A DNA stretch of 64,000 nt, from NCBI RefSeq assembly GCF_002305855.1, contig NZ_CP022163.1, forward strand, positions 6,811,765 through 6,875,764, read 5' to 3'. The notes under the pieces were generated by a model. The model saw nothing but the letters and a program-made list of their open reading frames with translations, did no database searches and was not told the DNA's origin. The stretch comes from Melittangium boletus DSM 14713 (GTDB taxonomy: Bacteria; Myxococcota; Myxococcia; Myxococcales; Myxococcaceae). A program made the position numbers and the translations under genes. Shown piece by piece: positions 47,061-56,400 of the stretch (positions are counted from its first letter, which is position 1; the number at the start of each line of letters is the position of its first letter).

Positions 47061-47747
47061 CTACTTCTTTCCGCCGGCCGCGGGCTTGGCCGCCGCACCG
47101 GCCGCGGGCTTGGCCGCACCCGCCGCGGGCTTGGCCGCCGCCGCGGGAGCCGCCGCCGCCGCCGCGGGAGCCGCCTCCGCCGCACCCTCGGGCGGGCTGA
47201 GGACCGCGATGGTGAAGTTGACGTTCGACTTCACCACCACGCCCTCGGGCGTCTTCACGTCGTTGATGTGCAGCGCCTGGTTGATCTTCATCGACGTCAC
47301 GTCCACCTCGATCTTCTCGGGGATGGCGTTCGGCTTGGCGAAGACCTCGATCTCACGGCGGGCCTGGGTGAGCAGACCACCGTCCGCCACGCCCTCGGCC
47401 TTGCCGGTGAGCACGAGCGGCACGTTCACCTTCACCAGCTCGCCCTCGCGCACGGCGATGAAGTCCACGTGGAGGATCTGCCGGGTGACGGGATCCTGCT
47501 GGTAGTCCTTGAAGAGCACCTGCTGGGCCGCGCCCACGCCCTGCAGCGTGAGCAGGGTGTTGAACTTGTGGGGGGTGTTGATGGCCTGGCGGACCGCCTT
47601 GGGATCGACGGCGATGGACAGGGGCTTCTCCAGGTGCTTGCCGTAGATGACGGCGGGCACCAGGCCCTGGGCGCGCAGACGGCGGGCGGCGCCCTTGCCG
47701 TGGCCCTCGCGCGACTTCACCTCGAGCGTGCGGTTGTCAGTGGACAT
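47061..47747 (-). CDS. rplY: 50S ribosomal protein L25 / general stress protein Ctc, with an Ala/Lys/Pro-rich tail
   Basis: MSTDNRTLEVKSREGHGKGAARRLRAQGLVPAVIYG... Confidence 0.85.
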   Translation of the reverse strand: MSTDNRTLEVKSREGHGKGAARRLRAQGLVPAVIYGKHLEKPLSIAVDPKAVRQAINTPHKFNTLLTLQGVGAAQQVLFKDYQQDPVTRQILHVDFIAVREGELVKVNVPLVLTGKAEGVADGGLLTQARREIEVFAKPNAIPEKIEVDVTSMKINQALHINDVKTPEGVVVKSNVNFTIAVLSPPEGAAEAAPAAAAAAPAAAAKPAAGAAKPAAGAAAKPAAGGKK

Positions 47748-47921
47748 GGAATTTCCTCGGTGTGGACTGCGTGTGGACCCCACCGGCGTCCCGGCGCCTC
47801 TGGCATCCCGCCCCCGTGGCGGGCCCCAAGAGCAGCGCCTCGTTCCTCGTGAACAGGACCGGCGGGGTGTGGACGCCACATGCCAGCGCGGGCGGCTGGA
47901 GTCAAGGCCGCCCTCGCCTGG

Positions 47922-48872
47922 CTACACGAAGAGCGAGCTGAGCGAGTCGGCCCGGTGGATGCGCGCGATGGCCTCGCCAAAGAGCCGGTCCGTGTTGATG
48001 ACGCGCAGCTTGCCGCTGGCCTGGGCGGCGGGCGACAGGGGCACGGTGTCGGTGAAGACGACCTCCTCCAGGGGCGAGTCCTGGATGCGCTGGATGGCGG
48101 GTCCGGAGAGCACGGGGTGCACGGCGTAGGCGAGCACCCGGCGCGCGCCCCGCTCCTTGAGGGCGATGGCCGCCTGGGTGAGGGTGCCCGCGGTGTCCAC
48201 CATGTCGTCGACCAGCAGCGCGTCCTTGCCCGTCACGTCGCCAATGAGGTTCATCACCTCGGAGGAGTTGGGCCGCGGCCGGCGCTTGTCGATGATGGCC
48301 AGGCCGCAGTTGAGCCGTTTGGAGTAGGCGCGCGCCCGCTCCACGCCGCCCGCGTCCGGCGACACGATGACGAGCTCCTGCGTGTCCGGGAACTGCTTGC
48401 GCACGTCCTCGAGGAACACGGGCGAGGCGTAGAGGTGATCCGTGGGGATGTTGAAGAAGCCCTGGATCTGCCCGGCGTGCATGTCCATGGACACCACGCG
48501 CGTGGCACCCGCTCCCTCGAGCAGATCGGCGATCAGCTTGGCGGTGATGGGCGTGCGCGGCGCCACCTTCCGGTCCTGTCGTGCGTAGCCGTAGTAGGGG
48601 ATGACCGCGTTGATGGAGGCCGCGCTCGCGCGCTTGAGCGCGTCGCACATGATGAGCAGCTCCATCAGGTGATCATTGGCGGGTGGACACGTGGACTGGA
48701 CGATGAAGATGTCCAGTCCGCGCACGTTCTCGCCGATCTCGATGTGGATTTCTCCATCCGAGAAGCGGCCCACATGGGCCTTGCCCAACGGGCGTTTGAG
48801 ATAATCGCAGATACGCTGGGCCAGGGCCGGGTTGGAGCTTCCGGCGAACACCTTGAAGTCGCGAGCGTCCAT
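47922..48872 (-). CDS. prs: Ribose-phosphate pyrophosphokinase
   Basis: FAGSSNPALAQ..., PYYGYARQDRK, DLHAGQIQGFF-like motifs. Confidence 0.9.
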   Translation of the reverse strand: MDARDFKVFAGSSNPALAQRICDYLKRPLGKAHVGRFSDGEIHIEIGENVRGLDIFIVQSTCPPANDHLMELLIMCDALKRASAASINAVIPYYGYARQDRKVAPRTPITAKLIADLLEGAGATRVVSMDMHAGQIQGFFNIPTDHLYASPVFLEDVRKQFPDTQELVIVSPDAGGVERARAYSKRLNCGLAIIDKRRPRPNSSEVMNLIGDVTGKDALLVDDMVDTAGTLTQAAIALKERGARRVLAYAVHPVLSGPAIQRIQDSPLEEVVFTDTVPLSPAAQASGKLRVINTDRLFGEAIARIHRADSLSSLFV

Positions 48873-48919
48873 GAGGCGCGCTCCTAGCGCGCCCCGTGGC
48901 GGAAGGGAAGTGCCTTCCC

Positions 48920-49222
48920 TCAATCCGCTTCGGCCGCGCTCAGGAAGGAGCCCATCGCTCCCATCCCCGTCTGCTGGTGCCGCTCATACTCTTGGAGGAT
49001 GGCACGCTCCATCTGGGTGCGTGTGTCGGCGTTGAGCGGATGGGCGATGTCCTTGTAGGTCCCGTCCTTGCGACGCTTGGCTGGCATCGCGATGAACAGA
49101 CCCGAGGCGCCGTGGATCACCTTCAGGTCCCGAATGACGAAGCAATGGTCCAGGGTGATGGTCACGTAGGCTTTCAGCTTATCTTCTTCAACCGGGTACA
49201 CCTTCACGTCGGTGATGTTCAT
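48920..49222 (-). CDS. spoVG: SpoVG-family protein
   Basis: MNITDVKVYPVEEDKLKAYVTITLDHCFVIRDLKVIHGASGLFIAMP. Confidence 0.8.
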   Translation of the reverse strand: MNITDVKVYPVEEDKLKAYVTITLDHCFVIRDLKVIHGASGLFIAMPAKRRKDGTYKDIAHPLNADTRTQMERAILQEYERHQQTGMGAMGSFLSAAEAD

Positions 49223-49314
49223 GGTCCCCCCAAGGACCTTCCAGGTCCAAGCACTGGGGGAAGCCTGAGACAGACGGGGCTGGAAAAGCAAGCCTGTCGG
49301 GGCTTGGATGTGCG

Positions 49315-49677
49315 TCAGGCGACGCTCAAGTGCACCAGGTGGCTCATGAAGGCCAAGTGGTAGATATCAATGACGGTGTAGAGCGCCGCCCCCGCCTGGA
49401 TCGCCCGCTGGCTCATGTTCATGGAGCGGTGCAGGCACAGCAGCACCAGCCCCAGGCTCACGATGGCGAGCTTGACGGCCATGAAGGAGAGGGGCGAGTG
49501 GGCGTAGGCCACCCGCATCAGCGGGTTGAGCTCCTCGGCGACGTTCAGCTGTAAAAAGGTGAGGGTGAAGAGCCCATCCAATAGGTTGAGCACGAGGAGC
49601 AGCACGGCCGCCGGTGTGATGTGGAACGATGCGCCTTCGATACCCCAGTCCGCCACCTGCGTCGTCGTCGCCGCCAC
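49315..49677 (-). CDS. Small hypothetical membrane protein
   Basis: Three hydrophobic helices; G/C-biased third positions. Confidence 0.4.
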   Translation of the reverse strand: MAATTTQVADWGIEGASFHITPAAVLLLVLNLLDGLFTLTFLQLNVAEELNPLMRVAYAHSPLSFMAVKLAIVSLGLVLLCLHRSMNMSQRAIQAGAALYTVIDIYHLAFMSHLVHLSVA

Positions 49678-49840
49678 CCGCGACCTCCCCGGTTCGAGTC
49701 CGAGGGGAGTCTTTCAAGATGCTTGCCACGGGCCTCGGGCCCGGCGCGCGGCGTGGTCCGGCCGCGGAAAGTTGACGTCCCAGGAGGGGCGTGACAGAGG
49801 TGACCCGCGCTTCAATCCCCGCTCCGATCGAGTCCCTCGC

Positions 49841-50443
49841 GTGCATCAATTCCCCAAAGACATCGGGTGGATAGAGGTCATCTGCGGGTCGATGTTCTCC
49901 GGAAAAACGGAAGAACTCATCCGTCGCGTCAAGCGCGCGGTCTACGGCAAGCAAGCGGTCCAGGTCTTCAAGCCGAGGATCGACAACCGCTACGACGAGA
50001 CCCAGGTGGTCAGCCACTCCCAGTTGAAATTGACCTCCATTCCCATTGAACGGGCTGAAGAAATTTTCCGTCACCTGTCTCCCCACACGCAGGTGGTGGG
50101 GATCGACGAGGTCCAGTTCTTTGGCAGCGAGGTGGTGGCCGTATGTGAGGCGCTCGCTCACCGGGGCCTGCGGGTCATCCTCGCGGGGTTGGATCAGGAC
50201 TACCAGGGCCGCCCCTTCGAGCCGATGCCGCAACTGCTGGCGATCGCCGAGTATGTGACGAAGCAACTGGCCATCTGCGTCGTGTGCGGCAATCCGGCCA
50301 ACCGCTCGCAGCGGCTCGTGGACCGGGGCGAGCGCGTGGTGGTGGGCGCCGCCGGGGCCTACGAGGCGCGCTGCCGCAAGTGCCACAGCGCCGAGCCCAC
50401 CGAGGCCACGCCTCCCCAGACGCTCGAGCTGTTCGACAACTGA
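49841..50443 (+). CDS. tdk: Thymidine kinase
   Basis: P-loop GSMFSGKTEE and C-terminal Zn ribbon (CVVCG...CRKCH); GTG start. Confidence 0.8.
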   Translation: MHQFPKDIGWIEVICGSMFSGKTEELIRRVKRAVYGKQAVQVFKPRIDNRYDETQVVSHSQLKLTSIPIERAEEIFRHLSPHTQVVGIDEVQFFGSEVVAVCEALAHRGLRVILAGLDQDYQGRPFEPMPQLLAIAEYVTKQLAICVVCGNPANRSQRLVDRGERVVVGAAGAYEARCRKCHSAEPTEATPPQTLELFDN

Positions 50444-50516
50444 GCAAGGATCCTCGTCCCCGAGGGCGGCGGCCCCGGGGCGATCATGAACAACGCGTAC
50501 GTGTAGGGGTCAACCC

Positions 50517-51050
50517 GTGGCTTTCTACGAGCAGGACGTCGGCATCCACATCGATGAGCAGAAGCTCCAGGCGCGCGTGCGCGAACTGGGTGCGCAGATC
50601 ACCCGCGACTACCAGGGCAAGGAGCTCACGCTCATCTGTGTGCTCAAGGGCTCCGCGTTCTTCGCCATGGACCTGGCGCGGTACGTGGACCTGCCCCTGA
50701 CGATCGAATTCCTCGGGGTGTCGTCCTACCAGGGCGGCACCGAGACGACCGGTGAGGTGCGCATCACCACCGACGTGAGCAAGCCCATGGCGGGCAAGCA
50801 CCTGCTCGTCATCGAGGACATCATCGATACGGGGCTCACCATGAGCTTCCTCCTGGAGAACCTGCGCGCCCGCCACCCGGCGTCGCTCAAGGTGTGCTCC
50901 CTCCTGGAGAAGCCCTCGCGGGCCCGCACCCAGGTGCCCATCGACTACAAGGGCTTCGTCATCGACGACGTCTTCGTGGTGGGCTACGGGCTCGACTACG
51001 CCGAGCGCTACCGCAACCTGCCCTTCATCGGGTTGATGAAGGGCAAGTAG
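50517..51050 (+). CDS. hpt: Hypoxanthine phosphoribosyltransferase
   Basis: PRPP-binding motif LLVIEDIIDTGLT; GTG start. Confidence 0.85.
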   Translation: MAFYEQDVGIHIDEQKLQARVRELGAQITRDYQGKELTLICVLKGSAFFAMDLARYVDLPLTIEFLGVSSYQGGTETTGEVRITTDVSKPMAGKHLLVIEDIIDTGLTMSFLLENLRARHPASLKVCSLLEKPSRARTQVPIDYKGFVIDDVFVVGYGLDYAERYRNLPFIGLMKGK

Positions 51051-51987
51051 GCGAGCGGGCGGCCCGGGCCAGACCCCGGGCGAGGTGTCCCAGGATGTCC
51101 GTGCCCGCCCGGGCATCGAAGCCGAGGAACATGGGCGAGTCGTTGAGCTCCAGGAACCGCAAGGTGCCCTCCGCGTCGCGCTTGAGATCCATTCCCGTCC
51201 AGCGCAGGCCCAGCACCCGCGTGGCCTGGAGGCATTGGCGTGCCACTTTGGGAGGCAGCTCGAAGGGTTCCACGCGCTCCTCGTTGCGCCGGAAGTCGAG
51301 CGCGTGCGAGAGGATGCGCACGCTGGCGATGATTTCCCCGTCGAGCACGTAGACGCGGATGTCCTCGCCGGGGAGCAGCGTCTGGAAGGTCACCGGCGCG
51401 GCCTCCAGCGCGGCGAGGCGGGCATCGGTCAGATCTCCTGGGCCGAGTTCCAGCGTGGCCCCGCCTCCCTCCACGGGTTTGTAGGCCACGCGCCTGCCGG
51501 CGGCGAACCGGCGCACCGCCGAGGGATCGTTCGTCCAGAGCGTTTCGGGGACGGGCAGCCCCGCCTGTTCGAGCAGCGCGAGCTGGACCGGTTTGGGCAT
51601 GCGCCAGCTCGTGGACTCGGGGTTGTAGATGGGGACGCCCATCGCCTCCCAGCGGCCCAGCAGGCCGCGCAGCAGCGTGGACTTCTCCCGGAACGCCACC
51701 AGCGTGGTGCGCCAGTCGGCGTCCATCTCGTCGCGGACATCCACCCCGAAGGCGAGGGGGTGGGCATGGTAGCCGCGCAGGTAGACGGCCCCAGGGGTCT
51801 TGAGCGGACCGCCATTCACGTGGATGCCGTCGAGTTGCTCCGTCAGCGCCAGGTGCGTTTCCTCGGGGAAGGTGAGGGTGTCCACGACGTGGGCCACCAC
51901 TCCCTCCTGCCCAAGCCGTTGGGCGAGCTGTGACACGTGGGCATCATCGCGAGCGCCCATGAGCACCACGGGCCGGATGTGAGTCAT
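51025..51987 (-). CDS. ATP-grasp-like domain protein (RimK/glutathione-synthetase-like fold), tentative
   Basis: Start MTHIRPVVLMG; its 3' end overlaps the hpt 3' end by 26 nt (convergent). Confidence 0.45.
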   Translation of the reverse strand: MTHIRPVVLMGARDDAHVSQLAQRLGQEGVVAHVVDTLTFPEETHLALTEQLDGIHVNGGPLKTPGAVYLRGYHAHPLAFGVDVRDEMDADWRTTLVAFREKSTLLRGLLGRWEAMGVPIYNPESTSWRMPKPVQLALLEQAGLPVPETLWTNDPSAVRRFAAGRRVAYKPVEGGGATLELGPGDLTDARLAALEAAPVTFQTLLPGEDIRVYVLDGEIIASVRILSHALDFRRNEERVEPFELPPKVARQCLQATRVLGLRWTGMDLKRDAEGTLRFLELNDSPMFLGFDARAGTDILGHLARGLARAARSPTCPSSTR

Positions 51988-52499
51988 GATTTCCTGGCCA
52001 CCTTCTTGGTGGCCGGAGCCTTCTTGGCGGCGGGAGTCTTCTTGGTGGCCGGGGTCTTCTTGGCCGCCGGGGTCTTCTTGCTCGGCGCGCGGCCGGGGGC
52101 GCCGGGCGGAGCTCCCGCGGCTCCCAGTTGTGCCACGAGCTTCTTGGGCGCCACCGCGCGGTAGCTCTCGTCCAGCCACCGGCGCAGCAGCTCCATGGGG
52201 GGCGTGTCCTTGGCACCGAAGCTCGCGGACACCCAGCCGCTCTTGCCCAGGCCGTACCCCGTGGGCTGGGCGAACGGCAGCATCAGCGCCGCTCCATTCG
52301 AGTGGGGCAGCTTGACGGACAGGGACAGGCCCTCTCCGCTGAGTGAGAAGAACACGAAGGCCTTGCCCTTGACCTTCACCGTGGGGTGACCCCAGGGAAA
52401 GTCCTCCGTGGTCTCGGGGTAGGCGCGGGCCGCCTCTCGCAGGGCCTGCACGAAGGGCTCGAGCCTCTTCATCTCGGGGGGAACCGGCGTCATCGTCAT
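51984..52499 (-). CDS. MmcQ/YjbR-family putative DNA-binding protein with a histone-H1-like (AKKTPAAKK) C-terminal tail
   Basis: YjbR core (FPWGHPTVKVKGKAFVFFS...GYGLGKSGWVSASF); GAGGAG RBS 9 nt upstream of the ATG; ATGA overlap with the downstream gene. Confidence 0.6.
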   Translation of the reverse strand: MTMTPVPPEMKRLEPFVQALREAARAYPETTEDFPWGHPTVKVKGKAFVFFSLSGEGLSLSVKLPHSNGAALMLPFAQPTGYGLGKSGWVSASFGAKDTPPMELLRRWLDESYRAVAPKKLVAQLGAAGAPPGAPGRAPSKKTPAAKKTPATKKTPAAKKAPATKKVARKS

Positions 52500-52551
52500 C
52501 GGGCACATCTCCTCGCGGCGCCCGGCGACCATACCGCGCGAGGGCTTCCCC

Positions 52552-53349
52552 TCAGCGCCCCGTTTCCGTGGGGCCGGTGTCCGTGGCTCCCGGTGTCGTC
52601 TGGCCTTCGGGAGTCGTACCTGGAGTCCGCGTGGGTGCTGGCTCCTGGCGCGTGTTCGCGGGAGTTCCGGCTCCGGGCTCACCCAGGCTGGCCTCGGCGG
52701 CGCGCAGGGCCTGCTCCAGGGCCTGGGCTGCCGGGCCCACCGTGGAGAGGAACTGGTTGGCCAGATGGGTGTTGCGGTTGCGGCTCTCCGCCGCGAGCTT
52801 GAGCTGGTTCATCGCCTCGCTCACCCCCCGGCGCGCCTCCTCCAGCTTCTGCTTCGCCTGGAAGAAGGCCACGTCCGCCTTCATCGCCGCCAGGGAGCGG
52901 CGCTGCTCGTCCGTCAAGCCGGAGAGGAGCTCGGCCCGCCGCAGGTAGTAGAGCCCCTTGTCCAGCAGGGCCGGGTCGTCGGACAGCACCTTGGAGCCGG
53001 CGAGCCGTTCCAGGAGGGGGAAGAGCGCCCGGTCCAATTCGTCCCGCTCGGTGAACTTCTGGGTGAGCAGTCCGGAGACGTCCTGGCCCTCCACGGACAG
53101 GGGGGCATAGGCGTCCGCCTGGCGTGCGTCCCCGGGGCGGTAGGGCAGGGCCCCCATCGGCAGCATCCGGCCCTTCATCACCACGAGCTGGCCGTTTTCC
53201 TGGGCCAGGGAAAAGGTGCGCGCGTTGAGCTGCGACAGGAGGAAGGCCACCGCCCCGCCCAGGCCGAGCACGAGGAGGAAGACGAGCAGCCGGGTGAAGG
53301 CGCTCGCGGCCCGGCGGCCGAAGCCCGGGGGATTCGTCATGGAATTCAT
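52552..53349 (-). CDS. Hypothetical membrane-anchored protein (N-terminal TM, Thr/Pro-rich C-terminus)
   Basis: Start MNSMTNPP; single hydrophobic helix LLVFLLVLGLGGAVAFLL. Confidence 0.4.
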   Translation of the reverse strand: MNSMTNPPGFGRRAASAFTRLLVFLLVLGLGGAVAFLLSQLNARTFSLAQENGQLVVMKGRMLPMGALPYRPGDARQADAYAPLSVEGQDVSGLLTQKFTERDELDRALFPLLERLAGSKVLSDDPALLDKGLYYLRRAELLSGLTDEQRRSLAAMKADVAFFQAKQKLEEARRGVSEAMNQLKLAAESRNRNTHLANQFLSTVGPAAQALEQALRAAEASLGEPGAGTPANTRQEPAPTRTPGTTPEGQTTPGATDTGPTETGR

Positions 53350-53450
53350 GTGCTTGCTCTCCCCTCGTCCGGGCGGTGAGGCGATTTCCCGGCGCTGGTG
53401 CATTCCTTAGGGACAACCCTCCCCGGGGCTATACTCGGCCGCTCTACCTC

Positions 53451-56400
53451 ATGCATCCTACATTCCGCCGCCTGGGGACCAGTGAGCTGTTGCCCCGGTA
53501 CATCTTCGCGGAGAGCCTCTTCGCCCGCCGCCGTGTCCTGGAAGTGGACGCGGTCGCCACCACGGGGGGTGAGAGCGCGCGCTTCCTCCTCGAGCGGGGC
53601 GCCCGCTCCGTGGTGGCCTGCGATGCCAACCTCCAGGCCGTGGAGGCCGCTCACAAGGCCCATGGTGGCCCCACGCTGCGCTACCGCGCCAATGTCTACG
53701 ACGACCTCGAGCCCGGCAGCTTCGATCTGGTGCTCGTGGCGGACCTGGCGCCTTACGTGCGCGCGCCCCTGCTGCTCGCCGAGCTGACGCGCCTGGTGGG
53801 CCGGCAGGGTCATCTGATCGGCGGCCTGCGCAACGTGGCGGGCCTGGCCCTCTGGCAGTTGATGGAGGTGGAGGAGGGCGCGCCGCCCACGTACGGGCAA
53901 CTGCTCGACGCGCTCTCGCCGCACTTCCCCCACGTGGAAGTGGCCACCCAGTCCCCGGTGCTGGGCTACCAGCTCGCCTTCGAGAAGGGGGACGGCCTGC
54001 AGGTGGATGGCACCCTCATCCGTGGCGGCGAGGCGGCCTATTTCGTCGTGGTGGCGGGGCAAGACCCGGCCCGGGTCGTGGACCCCACCTGGGTGCAGCT
54101 GCCCCCCGAGCCCCTGGCCTTCACGCGCGGCAAGCTCGATGAAGTGGCCCAGCGCGGCAAGGGGTGGGAGGAGCGCGCCGGACGGCTCAAGGAATCCCTC
54201 ACCCGGGTGCGCGCGGAGCTGACCGAGCGCGAGGCCGAGGTCGTCGAGCTCAAGCCCGCCCTGGAGGTCGCCCGGGAGGACGTGGCCCGGCTCTCCGCCC
54301 AGCTCGAACTGGCGCGGGGCTCGCCCGAGTCCGCGCGCGAGCGGGACGAGCTGTCCTCGCGCCTGCGCCGCACGGGCCTGGAGCTGCAGGTGGCCCAGGA
54401 GCGCCTGGCGGACGCGGACCGGCGCCTCGCCCAGCAGCGGCTGGAGGTGGAGTCCGCCGAGCGCGCCCGCAAGGAGTCCGAGGTCCAGGCCCTGGCCGCC
54501 CAGGAGGGCGTGCGTCTGGAGCGCGCGCGCCGCGAGGAGTTGAACGCCTCGCTGGAGGAAGTCCGCGAACGGCTCACCCAGGCCTATGCCGAGCAGCGCG
54601 AGCTGCGCGACGAGCTGGCGGGGCTCCGCGTGGATCGGGAGAAGGATCGACTGGCGGCGGAGCGCGCGCGCGAGCAGGCCGAGGCGCTGCGGCGGGACAT
54701 GGAGTCGGCTCGGGAGCGCGAGGTGCGCCTCGCCGAGCAGCACTCGGCGGCGCTCGCCGCGGTGGAACTGCTCAAGTCGGACGTGGCCCGGGCCGAGCAG
54801 GCGCGCGAGGAGTCGGAGAAGTCGCTGCGTCTGCAGGACGCGGATGTGTCCCGGCTGACGCGAGAGGTGGATTCGCTGGCCCGGCGGGCCTCCGCCGCGG
54901 AGGCGGCCCGGGGCGAGGCGGAGGTGAGCCTCACGGCGCGCGAGGCCGAGCTGCGCGGACTCACGACGGAGCTCACGTCGGCGCGCGCCGAGCGCGAGCG
55001 GTTGTCGGCCGAGGTCCAGGACGGCGCTCGCACCCAGGCGCATGCGCGCGCGATGGCGGCGCGGCTCGAACAGGAGCTGCACGAGGCCCGGGCCCAGCTC
55101 TCCTCCCAGGAGGAGGCGCGGGTGCGCGCCGCGGTGGAGCTGGAGGAGACCCTCGAGGAGGAGCGCCAACAAGCGGAGGAGCGGCTGGCGCGGGCGCTCA
55201 CCGAGGAGCGGGCGCGGACGGAGGAGGCCTCGGCCGAGGCGTCTCGGGAGCGGGCCGCCCGCGAGGCTCTGGAACAGCGGGAGGCGGAGCTCGAGCAGCG
55301 GTTGCGAGTCGCGGAGGCCTCGCGCGAGGAGACCCTGCGCGCCGTTTCCACCCTGAAGGCGCAGCGGCAGGGCTGGCTCGACGAGCACGGCAAGCTGCGG
55401 CGGCGCGTGGCGGAGGCCGAGGCGACGCTCGCGGAGCTGGAGCGGGCGCGCGCCGTGGACATGGAGTCCATCTCCCGGCTCGATACGGAGCTCCAGGCGA
55501 CCCAGGGCCGTATCACCGCCGAACAGGAGGCCCGGGTGGGGGCCGAGGTAGAGCGGGACCAGGCTCAACTGGAGCTCACCCAGGAGCAGGAGGCCCGGGC
55601 TCGTCTGGAAGATTCGCTCGCCCAGGGCCAGTCCGAGCTCGCCGTCGAGCGTCAGCGGTTGTTCGAACTCCAGGCGACGGTGTCTAGCGCCCGTGCCGAG
55701 TTGAAGGCCGAGCATCAGCGGCGCGTGCAGGCGGAGGAGGCGGGGGCGAACAGTCTGGCGGCGCTCGAAGCGGAGCGTCAACAGCGCACCCAGGTGGACG
55801 AGACCCTGGCCGAGACGCGGATCGCGCTGGAGGCGGAGCAGGGGGCCCGGAGCGCTTCCGAGGGAGCCCTCCTCCAGGCGCGGGAGGAAGCCGAGGCCGC
55901 GCGCGAGCACCGGGAGCGGATCGCGCGCGAACTGGAGCGTATCCAGGACGAACTCGAGGCCGAGCAGCAACAGCGCTCGGGGACCGAGGTGTCCCTGGCG
56001 GGCACGGAAGGTGAACTCGAGGCCGAGCGCGAGCGCCGGACCTTCGCGGAAGAGTCCCTGGCGGGGGTTCGCGCGGAGCTGGAGTCCGAGCGCGAGCAGC
56101 GGTCCCGGTCCGAGCAGGCGCTGGCGCATGTCCGAGCGGAGGTGGAGGCCGGGCAGCAACGGCTCGCCGAGGTCGAGGCGTCGCTGGCGGAGAAGGACGC
56201 GGAGGTGGAGGCCGGGCAGAAGCGGCTCGTCGAAGTCGAGGCGTCCCTGGCGGAGAAGGACGCGGAGGTGGAGGTCGGGCAGCAACGGTTCGCCGAGGTC
56301 GAGGCGTCGCTGGCCGAGAAGGACGCGGAGGTGGAGGCCGGCCAGAGGCGGCTCGCCGAGGTCGAGGTGGCCTTGGCCGAGAAGGACGCGGAGGTGGAAT

